Shown here one piece after another: positions 55,696-64,000 of a stretch of DNA of 64,000 nucleotides; the stretch's first letter is position 1; every line of letters begins with the position of its first letter. The stretch is taken from contig JAKLIA010000001.1 of assembly GCA_022709865.1 (NCBI GenBank), forward strand, positions 37,593 to 101,592, written 5' to 3'. The position numbers and the translations under genes are program-made. This stretch comes from Patescibacteria group bacterium (GTDB taxonomy: Bacteria > Patescibacteriota > Minisyncoccia > Portnoybacterales > GWB1-42-6). The notes beneath the pieces were generated by a model, which was given only the letters and a program-made list of their open reading frames with translations, did not search any database and was not told the origin of the DNA.

Positions 55696-57563
55696 TGAAT
55701 ATTTTAATTTCTTATTCTTGGCTGAAAGATTATGTGAAGACCAGCGCTTCACCGGAAGAAATAGCGCGGCTTTTGTCGTTGCATGCTTTTTCGGTGGAAA
55801 AAATAATTTCGCAGGGGAAAGATGATATTTTTGAGATTGAGATCACGCCAAATCGCGGAGACGCGCTGTCGGTGCTGGGCATTGCGCGCGAACTCAAGGC
55901 TATTTTGCCGATGCAGGGAAAGAGCGCTGATTGGTTGGCTAAGTTTCCAGCTAAAGCAGCCAAGGGCGAAGATAAATATAATTTAGCAGTGGAAATAAAA
56001 GACAAGTCTTTAGTGCCAAGATTTTCGGCTGTGGTTTTGGATAATATTAAAATTAAGCCGTCGCCAGAGACAATTCAGCGGCGGTTGGAAGCGGTGGGCA
56101 CGCGCGCTTTGAATAATGTTATCGATATCACAAATTATTTGATGTTTGATAAGGGCCAGCCCATGCACGCTTTTGATTATGATAAGATCCTGGGTGCCAA
56201 AATGATTATGCGCGAGTCGCGCCAAGGAGAAAAATTAACCACGCTGGATGGCGTGGAGAGGACTTTGCCAGCGGGTGTTATTGTAATCGAAGACGGCGAA
56301 GGCCGGTTGATCGACCTTTGCGGCATTATGGGCGCCAAAAACAGCGAGGTGGACGAGAATACCAAGCGCGTTTTATTGTTCGTGCAAGTTTACGATCCGG
56401 TGCGCATCCGCAAGTCTTCCATGGCCTTGGGCCATCGCACGGAAGCCGCGCTGCGCTTTGAAAAAGGCGTTGATTTTGAAGGGGTTGTGCCGGCGCTTTG
56501 GGAAGCGGTCAGCTTTTTGCAGCAGGAAGCCGGAGCTTGCGTGGCGTCAAAATTGATAGATATTGTGAATGTGAAGATCGAACCTAAAAAAGTGGCGGTG
56601 GATTATGGCCGGATAAACCAAGTGGCGGGCGTGGAAATAAAAAAAGAAATTGTAGATAAAATATTGCAAAACTTAGGTTTTGTTTTTAATGGAACGAGCG
56701 TTATAGTGCCTTCCTGGCGGCAAGGCGATATTGAGATTGCCGAGGACTTAGCCGAAGAAGTTATCAGGCTTTATGGCTATGACAATCTGCCTAATAATCT
56801 TTTGACCGGCGAAGTTCCGCGCCAGATCGTTGAGCCAATCTTCCAAACGGAAAATAAAGCGCGGCTGTATTTGAAACATCAGGGATTTTTTGAATGTTAT
56901 ACAAAATCCGCCGTCAGCCAAGCTTTGGCGGGTGAGGGAGCGGTGAAAATAGCCAATCCCTTGAACGAGGATTTTGTATATTTGAAAACTTCTTTAATTC
57001 CATCATTAGTTGGCGTCTTAGAAAAAAACCAGGGCTACAATGAAAAGATAAAGATCTTTGAATTGGCAAGCGTTTATTTGCAGAAAAAAAATGATTTGCC
57101 CGAGCAACCACTACGCTTGTCTTTGGCCAGCCGCGGCTTGGATTATTTAGAGTTTAAGGGAATTGTTGAAGGATTGATGAGAGAATTGGGCGTGGCTTGT
57201 GATTTTGCAATTCAAGAATTAGGCGATCAGGTTTTGGGAGTGGAGTTGGATTTTGAAGCGATAGCTAAGGGAGCTGGCCAGGTTAAAGCTTATGTGCCGA
57301 TCAGCACCTTTAATTCTATTAAGGAAGACTTGACCCTAGTTGTGCCGCCCGGCGTGGCTTATGAAAAGATAAACCAGGTGATAGCCAACGCGGATAAACG
57401 GGTAAAAAAACTAGAGTTTAAAGATATTTATAAAAACTTTTTGACTTTAGCGATAGAATATCATGACAGCGCCAAGCAAGTTTCTTCAGAGCAAGCGCAG
57501 GAGATCAGAAAAAATATTTTTGAGCAATTGGATAAAAAATTGGGAGTAAAATTAAAAACATAG
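55695..57563 (+). CDS. pheT: Phenylalanine--tRNA ligase beta subunit, shortened
   Basis: MNILISYSWLKDYV N-terminus and B3/B4 and B5 regions. At 622 aa the N-terminal tRNA-binding domain is probably absent. Confidence 0.8.
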   Translation: MNILISYSWLKDYVKTSASPEEIARLLSLHAFSVEKIISQGKDDIFEIEITPNRGDALSVLGIARELKAILPMQGKSADWLAKFPAKAAKGEDKYNLAVEIKDKSLVPRFSAVVLDNIKIKPSPETIQRRLEAVGTRALNNVIDITNYLMFDKGQPMHAFDYDKILGAKMIMRESRQGEKLTTLDGVERTLPAGVIVIEDGEGRLIDLCGIMGAKNSEVDENTKRVLLFVQVYDPVRIRKSSMALGHRTEAALRFEKGVDFEGVVPALWEAVSFLQQEAGACVASKLIDIVNVKIEPKKVAVDYGRINQVAGVEIKKEIVDKILQNLGFVFNGTSVIVPSWRQGDIEIAEDLAEEVIRLYGYDNLPNNLLTGEVPRQIVEPIFQTENKARLYLKHQGFFECYTKSAVSQALAGEGAVKIANPLNEDFVYLKTSLIPSLVGVLEKNQGYNEKIKIFELASVYLQKKNDLPEQPLRLSLASRGLDYLEFKGIVEGLMRELGVACDFAIQELGDQVLGVELDFEAIAKGAGQVKAYVPISTFNSIKEDLTLVVPPGVAYEKINQVIANADKRVKKLEFKDIYKNFLTLAIEYHDSAKQVSSEQAQEIRKNIFEQLDKKLGVKLKT

Positions 57564-57566
57564 ATT

Positions 57567-58859
57567 ATGCTCGACCTTAAGTTCATTCGGGAAAATAAAG
57601 AGGCGGTTAAAAAGAACGCAGCGGACCGCGGCGCTAAAATTGATGTAGACCGCTTATTAGCTTTGGATGAAGAGCGGCGAAAAAATATTGTTTTGGTGGA
57701 GGCCTTACGGGCTAAGCAAAATAAAGCCAGCGATGAAATTGCCCGCGAGAAAGATGCAACCGCTAAACAGGCTAAAATCGCGGAAATGAAAAAAGCCAAG
57801 GAAGAGATAGGGGAATTGGAACCAAACTTAAAAAAGAGCGAAGAGGAGCTAGATAATTTAATGCGCCTTTTGCCTAATATGATGCAGCCGGGAACTCCTG
57901 TTGGCACTTCGGAAAAAGATAATGTGGTGGTGCGGGAAGTTGGTAAAAAAACAAACTTTAAGTTTGCGCCGCGCGATTATATGGCCATTGCCGAAAGTTT
58001 GGACTTGATCGATGTTGAGCGGGCAGCCAAAGTTTCTGGGAGCCGTTTTGGTTATATAAAAAATGAGGCGGCGCAAATGGAGTTTGCCTTAGCGCAGTTA
58101 GCGCTGGAAGTTCTAGTTAAAGAAGGTTTTCAGCCAATAATCACTCCGGTGATGATTCGCTCGGGCGCTATGGCGGCCATGGGTTATATTGATACAGCTG
58201 AAGATAAAGAAGAGCGGTATTTTTTTCCGGGAGACGATCTATACTTGGTGGGAACATCTGAGCAGGCAATCGGCCCCATGTATCAGAATGAAGTTTTAGA
58301 TATTAAAAAATTGCCGTTGCGTTTCGTTGGGTTCTCTGCTTGTTTCCGCCGCGAAGCGGGGTCTTATGGCAAGGATACCAAGGGCATTTTGCGGGTGCAC
58401 CAATTTGATAAATTAGAAATGTTCTCTTTTACGAGGCCCGAAGATTCAGCCAAAGAGCATCAATTTTTGATATCAATAGAAGAAAAATTAATGCAGAAAT
58501 TGAAATTGCCTTATCGCTTAATGCAGCTTTGCTCGATAGATTTTGCCAGGCCTTCTTCTGCTACTTATGATATAGAAACCTGGCTGCCGGGGCAGAATAA
58601 TGGCACAGGGGAATACCGCGAAACGCATTCTTGCTCCAATTGCACGGATTGGCAATCTCGGCGGTTAAATATAAAATATAAAAATGAACAAACTGGCAAA
58701 ACAGAGTTGGTGCATATGCTAAATGGCACGGCTTTTGCTATTGGCCGGATATTAATAGCGATCTTAGAAAATTATCAGCAAAAGGATGGTTCGGTCGAAG
58801 TGCCAAAGGCTTTGCGGCCGTGGATGGGAGGAGTTAAAAAAATAAAACCAAAAAAATAA
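57567..58859 (+). CDS. serS: Serine--tRNA ligase
   Basis: MLDLKFIRENKEAV coiled-coil N-terminus. Class II motifs FRREAGSYGKDTKGILRVHQFDKLE and GTAFAIGR. Confidence 0.9.
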   Translation: MLDLKFIRENKEAVKKNAADRGAKIDVDRLLALDEERRKNIVLVEALRAKQNKASDEIAREKDATAKQAKIAEMKKAKEEIGELEPNLKKSEEELDNLMRLLPNMMQPGTPVGTSEKDNVVVREVGKKTNFKFAPRDYMAIAESLDLIDVERAAKVSGSRFGYIKNEAAQMEFALAQLALEVLVKEGFQPIITPVMIRSGAMAAMGYIDTAEDKEERYFFPGDDLYLVGTSEQAIGPMYQNEVLDIKKLPLRFVGFSACFRREAGSYGKDTKGILRVHQFDKLEMFSFTRPEDSAKEHQFLISIEEKLMQKLKLPYRLMQLCSIDFARPSSATYDIETWLPGQNNGTGEYRETHSCSNCTDWQSRRLNIKYKNEQTGKTELVHMLNGTAFAIGRILIAILENYQQKDGSVEVPKALRPWMGGVKKIKPKK

Positions 58860-58868
58860 TATTATTTT

Positions 58869-60152
58869 ATGGAACGGATCTTAATTAAAGACACAAAAGA
58901 AAGGATTGGGCAGGAAGCGCAAATAATGGGTCGGGTAATGAACGCTCGGCTTTTGAGCAACGTTTCATTTTTGCAGGTGCAAGATTATACCGGCACTATT
59001 CAAACTGTTTGGGAGAAGCCCATAGAAATAAAAGTGGGCGACGCGGTGGAGATTATCGGTGAAATTAAAGAGGAAAAGCGCGCCAAAGGGGGCTGCGAGA
59101 TCTTAGGCAAAGAATTGAAGATTATTAGCACGAGCATCGAAGACTTGCCATTTGACCTGGCTAAAAAAGATTTGAACTTGCAGTTGACGACTTTGCTTGA
59201 TGGCCGGATATTGTCGCTGCGCCACCCCAAGATCCAAGCAATATTCAAACTTTATGACCTTTTAATAAAACAATATGGCTTGGTGATGAGAGAGAATGGT
59301 TTTACGGAAGTTAAGACGCCAAAGATCTTAGGCGCAGCTAGCGAGGGCGGAGCTAACTTTTTCAAGATAAAATATTTTGACCAGAGCGCATTTTTAGCGC
59401 AAAGCCCGCAGTTTTATAAACAAATTATGGTGGGCGTTTTTGAACGGGTATTTGAAATTGGCTCAACTTTTCGCGCCGAGCCTTCTTTCACTACTCGGCA
59501 CGTTAGCGAATATATCAGCTTGGACGGCGAGATGGGATTTATCGGCAGCTTTGAAGAAATAATGGCGATGCTAAATAAAATTATTAAAGAAGTTTTTGAG
59601 CGCGTTCAGCAAGAAGGCGCCGAGTTTCTGGCGATGTATGAAGTCAACGATTTGCCGGTGCCGGCCAAAATACCGGCGGTAAAATTAGCGGATTTCAGGG
59701 AAATTGCTAAGAAAAAATATGATTATGAGATTCCCGCTAGCACGGATATTGATCCGGAAGGCGAACGGCTCGCCGGCAGGTATGCCAAGGAAGAGTTTAA
59801 TTCCGATTTTATTTTTATTACTAATTATCTTTGGAAGGACAAGCCGTTTTATACGATGCCGTCTAAAGAGAATGCGGAAGAAACAGAGGGCTTTGACCTT
59901 TTGTATAAAGGCATGGAAATCGTGACCGGTAGCCAGCGCATCCACGATTATAAACAATTGGTGGAGAATATGAAAAAGAAAGGAGTTAAGCCGGATGGCA
60001 TGGAATATTATTTGGATGTTTTTAAGTTTGCGATGCCGCCGCATGGCGGTTGGGGTATGGGTTCGGAAAGGCTGATCCAACAAATGTTGGGATTGAAAAG
60101 CATTAAAGAGGCAATTTTATTCCCGCGGGACGTGAAAAGGCTGATCCCGTAA
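58869..60152 (+). CDS. aspS: Aspartate--tRNA ligase, compact archaeal-type (possibly non-discriminating). AsnRS is not excluded.
   Basis: Class IIb motifs FRAEPSFTTRHVSEYISLDGEMGF and GGWGMGSERLIQQMLGLKSIKEAILFPRD. 427 aa. Confidence 0.6.
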   Translation: MERILIKDTKERIGQEAQIMGRVMNARLLSNVSFLQVQDYTGTIQTVWEKPIEIKVGDAVEIIGEIKEEKRAKGGCEILGKELKIISTSIEDLPFDLAKKDLNLQLTTLLDGRILSLRHPKIQAIFKLYDLLIKQYGLVMRENGFTEVKTPKILGAASEGGANFFKIKYFDQSAFLAQSPQFYKQIMVGVFERVFEIGSTFRAEPSFTTRHVSEYISLDGEMGFIGSFEEIMAMLNKIIKEVFERVQQEGAEFLAMYEVNDLPVPAKIPAVKLADFREIAKKKYDYEIPASTDIDPEGERLAGRYAKEEFNSDFIFITNYLWKDKPFYTMPSKENAEETEGFDLLYKGMEIVTGSQRIHDYKQLVENMKKKGVKPDGMEYYLDVFKFAMPPHGGWGMGSERLIQQMLGLKSIKEAILFPRDVKRLIP

Positions 60153-60169
60153 AAACCTAAATAGAGATT

Positions 60170-60200
60170 AAAAATCCAGCCCTCCAAGCTGGATTTTTTT
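60170..60200 (+). terminator. Rho-independent terminator
   Basis: aaaaatccagc cctccaa gctggattttttt. Confidence 0.75.
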
Positions 60201-60224
60201 GTTTTTTTAAGCTAAGATAATTTT

Positions 60225-62399
60225 ATGGAATCGCAATATGACCCAAAAAAGGTAGAAGATAAAATATACCGTCTCTGGTCAGAGAGCGGGTTTTTTAATC
60301 CGGATAATTTGCCCCCCTTCGCTAAAGCTACGGAGGGTAAACCCAAAAAAAGAACTAAACCTTACTGTATCATTATGCCGCCGCCCAATGCCAATGAAGC
60401 TTTGCATTTGGGACACGCTTTAATGGCGACTCTGGAAGATATTTTAATTCGTTATCGCCGCTTGCAAGGCGATGCAACGCTATGGCTGCCGGGAGCGGAC
60501 CACGCCGGTTTTGAAACTCAGGTAGTGTTTGAAAAAAAATTGGAAAAGCAGGGCCAAAGCCGTTTTCAATTTGAACGGGAAACGCTTTACCAGATGATCT
60601 GGGATTATGTGCAAGCCAATAAAGATGTGGCCCAAAATCAATTAAAGCGGCTGGGGGCGTCTTGCGACTGGTCGCGCAGTAAGTTCACGCTGGATCCGGA
60701 CATAGTTAAAATTGTTTATCAAACTTTTGAAAAATTATACAGCGAAGGATTAATTTACCGCGGGCCGCGCATTATTAATTGGTGCCCGAAACACCAGACG
60801 GGGCTTTCCGACCTGGAAGTGAAATATGAAGACCGCGAAGATAAATTATGGTATATAAAATATCCGTTGGTTGAGGCGCCGGATAAGTTTATTGAGGTGG
60901 CGACCACGCGCCCCGAAACGATGCTCGGCGATACGGCGGTAGCAGTTAATCCAGCAGATGCCCGGTATGAAAAACTAATTGGCAAAAAATTATTACTGCC
61001 TTTAGTCGGGCGGGAGATTTTAATTGTGGCGGATGAAGCGGTGGAGCTGGAGTTTGGCACGGGCGCAGTCAAAGTGACACCGGCCCATGACGCCGTTGAC
61101 TTTGAAATTGGCCAGCGCCATAAGCTGGAAACGATCGTGGTTATCGGGCAAGACGGGAAAATGACCGAAGCAGCCGGCGCAGATTATGCTGGCTTGAAAG
61201 TGGCAGAGGCGCGGGAAAAAGTAGTGGAGAATCTAAAATCCCAGGGATTTTTAATCAAAGAAGAGCCATATAAACACGCGGTCGCGCTTTGCTATAAATG
61301 CGGGCGAGTGATCGAACCGATGGTTTCAGAGCAGTGGTTCGTGAAAATCAAGCCGTTGGCCCAGCGGGCGGTTCAAGCAGTTAATAAAGGCGAGGTGAAG
61401 TTTGTGAGTGCCAAATACGAAAAGATCTTCCAACATTGGATGGCTAATATTCGGGATTGGAATATTTCCCGGCAAATTGTTTGGGGAATAAGGATTCCGG
61501 TTTGGTACTGCAATAAAGATAAATCTTGTTGGGTGATTTCCGATAAAAAACCGGATAAATGCCCAAAATGCGGTTCAGCTGATTTTATTCCCGAAACCGA
61601 TACTTTTGATACTTGGTTTTCTTCCGGCCAGTGGCCTTTCGCTACGCTGCAAACAGCCAAAGCAGGGGATTTTGAGAAGTTCTATCCGACAGCCGTGATG
61701 GAAACCGGCTGGGATATTTTATTTTTCTGGGTGGCGCGGATGATGATGATGGGTTTTTACGCTACCGGTAAAGAACCTTTTTCTTTCGTTTATATGCATG
61801 GGCTTATTCGCGATAAGGATAAACAAAAAATGTCCAAGTCCAAGGGGAACGTGGTTAATCCTTTGGCTGTGGTGGACGAAAACGGCGCGGATGCTTTGCG
61901 CATGGCGTTGGTTTTTAACGCGGCTTCAGATAGCGACCTGCCTTTCAGCGAAGATAAAGTGGTGGCGCAAAAAAGGTTTGCCAATAAGATCTGGAATGCG
62001 GCCAGATTCAGTTTACAGAACCTTGAAGGCTTTAATGATGAGGCCAAAATCCAGCTGACGGCGGCAGACGAAGCGATCTTAAAAGAATTAGCGGAAACAA
62101 CGCAAAAAATAACTAAAGACTTGGATAATTTTAATTTTCATGAAGCCGCGCAAAGCGCCTACCACTTTTTCTGGCATAGCTTTTGCGACAAATGCATTGA
62201 GGATACAAAAAAAAGAATTAAAGAGCCATCCAGCGACCTGGATAAAACAACGGCCCAATCCGTTTTGCTGAAAGTACTGGTTGACTCGCTTAAATTATTG
62301 CATCCTTTTATGCCTTTTATCACAGAAGAGGTTTATCAATCTTTGCCGATAAAAAATAAAACAATGCTGATGGTGGAGGAGTGGCCATCCGGAAAGTAA
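60225..62399 (+). CDS. valS: Valine--tRNA ligase, compact form lacking the C-terminal coiled coil
   Basis: PPPNANEALHLGHA (HIGH) and KMSKSKGN. 724 aa. A TAAGAT -10-like box sits 6 nt upstream of the ATG. Confidence 0.9.
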   Translation: MESQYDPKKVEDKIYRLWSESGFFNPDNLPPFAKATEGKPKKRTKPYCIIMPPPNANEALHLGHALMATLEDILIRYRRLQGDATLWLPGADHAGFETQVVFEKKLEKQGQSRFQFERETLYQMIWDYVQANKDVAQNQLKRLGASCDWSRSKFTLDPDIVKIVYQTFEKLYSEGLIYRGPRIINWCPKHQTGLSDLEVKYEDREDKLWYIKYPLVEAPDKFIEVATTRPETMLGDTAVAVNPADARYEKLIGKKLLLPLVGREILIVADEAVELEFGTGAVKVTPAHDAVDFEIGQRHKLETIVVIGQDGKMTEAAGADYAGLKVAEAREKVVENLKSQGFLIKEEPYKHAVALCYKCGRVIEPMVSEQWFVKIKPLAQRAVQAVNKGEVKFVSAKYEKIFQHWMANIRDWNISRQIVWGIRIPVWYCNKDKSCWVISDKKPDKCPKCGSADFIPETDTFDTWFSSGQWPFATLQTAKAGDFEKFYPTAVMETGWDILFFWVARMMMMGFYATGKEPFSFVYMHGLIRDKDKQKMSKSKGNVVNPLAVVDENGADALRMALVFNAASDSDLPFSEDKVVAQKRFANKIWNAARFSLQNLEGFNDEAKIQLTAADEAILKELAETTQKITKDLDNFNFHEAAQSAYHFFWHSFCDKCIEDTKKRIKEPSSDLDKTTAQSVLLKVLVDSLKLLHPFMPFITEEVYQSLPIKNKTMLMVEEWPSGK

Positions 62400-62416
62400 T
62401 TAAGTAAACAAGCAGA

Positions 62417-63061
62417 ATGAAAATACTCAAAGTTAATCCGGAAAACCTAAGAGATTCAGAAGAGGCGATAATTGAAGCGGCTAAAGTTATGCTGGCTGGC
62501 GGCACGGCAGTTTTTCCAACGGACACGGTTTATGGGCTAGGGTGTGACGCGACCAACGAGCAAGCGGTTAAAAAGATTTTTAAGATCAAGGGCCGACAGG
62601 AAACCAAGCCTTTAGCTGTTATTGTGCGCGATGTGGCTATGGCCAAGAAAGTCGCTTTTGTTGATAAGCGGCTGGAAAAAGCGCTGAATATTATTTGGCC
62701 GGGAGCGGTCACGGTGATTTTATGGCGGCGGCATAAGTTGCCAGCAGCTTTAACTGCCAAAGAAGAAACGATCGGCTTGCGCGTTCCGGACTATAAATTA
62801 ATGCATCTTTTATCGGAAAATATGGGGCGGCCCTTTGTGGCCACCTCCGCTAATATTTCCGGTGAGCAGGCGACTAATAAAATCGAAGAAGTTTTAAAGC
62901 ATTTTGAAAATAATTCTTTTAGGCCCGACCTGATTTTAGATGCGGGAGATTTGAAATGCTGCGAGCCTTCCACGGTTTTGGACTTAAGCAAAGAAAAACC
63001 GAAAATTGTGCGCATCGGGCCGGTGAATAAGGATAAGTTGTTGGAGATATTGAGTATATAA
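62417..63061 (+). CDS. tsaC: L-threonylcarbamoyladenylate synthase (TsaC/YrdC family)
   Basis: AVFPTDTVYGLGCDATNEQAVKKIFKIKGRQETKPLAV. Confidence 0.85.
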   Translation: MKILKVNPENLRDSEEAIIEAAKVMLAGGTAVFPTDTVYGLGCDATNEQAVKKIFKIKGRQETKPLAVIVRDVAMAKKVAFVDKRLEKALNIIWPGAVTVILWRRHKLPAALTAKEETIGLRVPDYKLMHLLSENMGRPFVATSANISGEQATNKIEEVLKHFENNSFRPDLILDAGDLKCCEPSTVLDLSKEKPKIVRIGPVNKDKLLEILSI

Positions 63062-63069
63062 ATTACGAT

Positions 63070-63097
63070 GTTCTCTTTTGCATCGGCAAAAGAGAAC
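63070..63097 (+). promoter_or_regulatory. Perfect 12 bp stem hairpin at the start of a structured intergenic/leader region of about 220 nt
   Basis: gttctcttttgc atcg gcaaaagagaac. There is no T-run. A second GC hairpin, ccccga...tcgggg, lies downstream. Confidence 0.35.
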
Positions 63098-63284
63098 CAG
63101 AAAAACTCCTTTGCTGGCGTCAAAAATAGAGAAAATCGGTTTCGTCTCACGATAAAAATTGCTATCCACAACGCCCCGACCTGACGATCGGGGCCCCACC
63201 ACATCACGCAATTTTTATCCTTCAACTTAACGCGATTTTCTGGCTATTTTCGCGCCACGCAAGAATTAAATATAAATACGAGGT

Positions 63285-63851
63285 ATGAATTTTGATTTTT
63301 GGCTATTTCAACAAATAAATGGTCTGGCCGGGCGATGGGATTGGCTGGATTTTCTAGGTGTTTTTTTAGCAAGTTATTTTCAATATTTTGTGGTTCTGGC
63401 TCTGATAGTTTTTTTGTTTATAGGAAAAGATCGCGGAGAAAAGATGAAAAATATGGCAATGGTGGCTTTATCCATTATGGCCATCGTTTTGGCGCGGCTG
63501 GGCATTACTGCTTTTTTACATTGGGCTTTTATGCGGCCGCGGCCCTTTGTGGCGCACGCAGTTAATCAGTTAATTCCTTATGCGGCCACTGAATCATCTT
63601 TTCCGTCGGGCCACGCGGCGTTCTTTTTTGCCTTAGCTACGGTTGTATATTTCTATAATAAAAAAGTTTACCCTGAGCGCAGTCGAAGGGGTTGGTATTT
63701 TTTGGCCGCGGCCGCTTTGATCTCTTTGGCACGGGTATTTGTTGGTGTTCACTATATGAGCGATATTTTAGTTGGCGCTTTGATCGGCGTCTTTAGTGGT
63801 TGGCTAGTCTGGTGGCTATATAATCTATATCAAAACAAAAAAGCCCGATAA
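63285..63851 (+). CDS. PAP2-family phosphatase (undecaprenyl-diphosphatase BcrC-like)
   Basis: KDRG...SFPSGHA...VGVHYMSD PAP2 signature on a polytopic membrane protein. Confidence 0.75.
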   Translation: MNFDFWLFQQINGLAGRWDWLDFLGVFLASYFQYFVVLALIVFLFIGKDRGEKMKNMAMVALSIMAIVLARLGITAFLHWAFMRPRPFVAHAVNQLIPYAATESSFPSGHAAFFFALATVVYFYNKKVYPERSRRGWYFLAAAALISLARVFVGVHYMSDILVGALIGVFSGWLVWWLYNLYQNKKAR

Positions 63852-63861
63852 GGGCTTTTTT
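63838..63861 (+). terminator. Rho-independent terminator
   Basis: aaaaaagcccgataagggctttttt. Confidence 0.75.
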
Positions 63862-63871
63862 AAATTAGTGT

Positions 63872-63930
63872 GCCGCGGGAGACCCGCCCGCAACGCCTGA
63901 GCAAGCTCATGCTTGCGATGGCGGGCGGGG
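63872..63930. repeat. GC-rich hairpin repeat (stem cccgcccgc / gcgggcggg), member of the intergenic repeat family
   Basis: The loop aacgcctgagcaagctcatgcttgcgatg shares aacgcctgagc and gcgatggcgggc with the 31604 element. Confidence 0.45.
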
Positions 63931-64000
63931 AATCGCTCTGTAGGATATTATTTGACGCGAGCCAAGCAGTTGGCTCGCTCATGATGTATAAAAAATAACC

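Noticed and set aside
57461..57907. 148 aa minus-strand ORF spanning the pheT-serS junction
   Set aside because: Antisense to two well-supported aaRS genes, and Ser/Leu/Phe-rich.
59685..60083. 132 aa minus-strand ORF inside aspS
   Set aside because: Antisense artefact.
1..64000. CRISPR arrays, transposases, integrases and prophage genes
   Set aside because: Scanning found no regularly spaced direct repeats and no DDE, serine or tyrosine recombinase-like ORFs. The AT-rich islands lack flanking direct repeats that I could recognise.

Overview
This 64 kb window looks like a small, streamlined bacterial chromosome segment, most consistent with a Candidate Phyla Radiation / Patescibacteria-like organism; that assignment is an inference. 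Overall GC is moderate and genes are densely packed with many 1-4 nt overlaps. There are numerous small membrane proteins and several domain-reduced housekeeping enzymes: Pol I lacks its 3'-5' exonuclease domain, ProRS lacks the editing insertion, and PheT, ValRS and ArgRS are short. Core content: Holliday-junction genes ruvC, yebC, ruvB and ruvA; repair genes uvrB, polA, PolX, EndoQ, a family-4 UDG, recO, a standalone MGMT and a NUDIX hydrolase; cell-wall genes for PBP1A, a FemAB-like protein, a Mur ligase, murI, an O-antigen-ligase-like protein and PAP2; the infC-rpmI-rplT operon and rpsT; tsaE, tsaC and holA; and a large aminoacyl-tRNA synthetase supercluster (ileS, proS, trpS, pheST, serS, aspS, valS, plus argS upstream). 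RNA genes found by eye: tRNA-Arg(CCG) at 30137-30213, a tmRNA (ssrA) on the minus strand at about 39169-39554 next to smpB, and an unusual ~150 nt tRNA-like element at 24251-24400. The accessory content sits in AT-rich islands. The main one (41731-45490) is a five-gene translationally coupled operon. Its first three genes are an MspI/HpaII-like m5C restriction-modification system with Vsr, and its last two are a minimal nucleotidyltransferase-fold protein and a standalone DUF262 (DGQQR, ParB-like) protein. That last pair is the best candidate for an undescribed defence module. The other islands are a solitary AIPR-like abortive-infection gene (4926-6668) and an HNH-motif gene inserted between femX-like and Mur-ligase genes (22209-22925). 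Additional structure: a family of GC-rich intergenic hairpin repeats, a perfect 21-22 bp palindrome present twice, an in-frame AT-rich insertion in trpS, and near-leaderless promoters sharing a TAAGAT -10 box upstream of ileS and valS. No CRISPR array or obvious transposase was seen.
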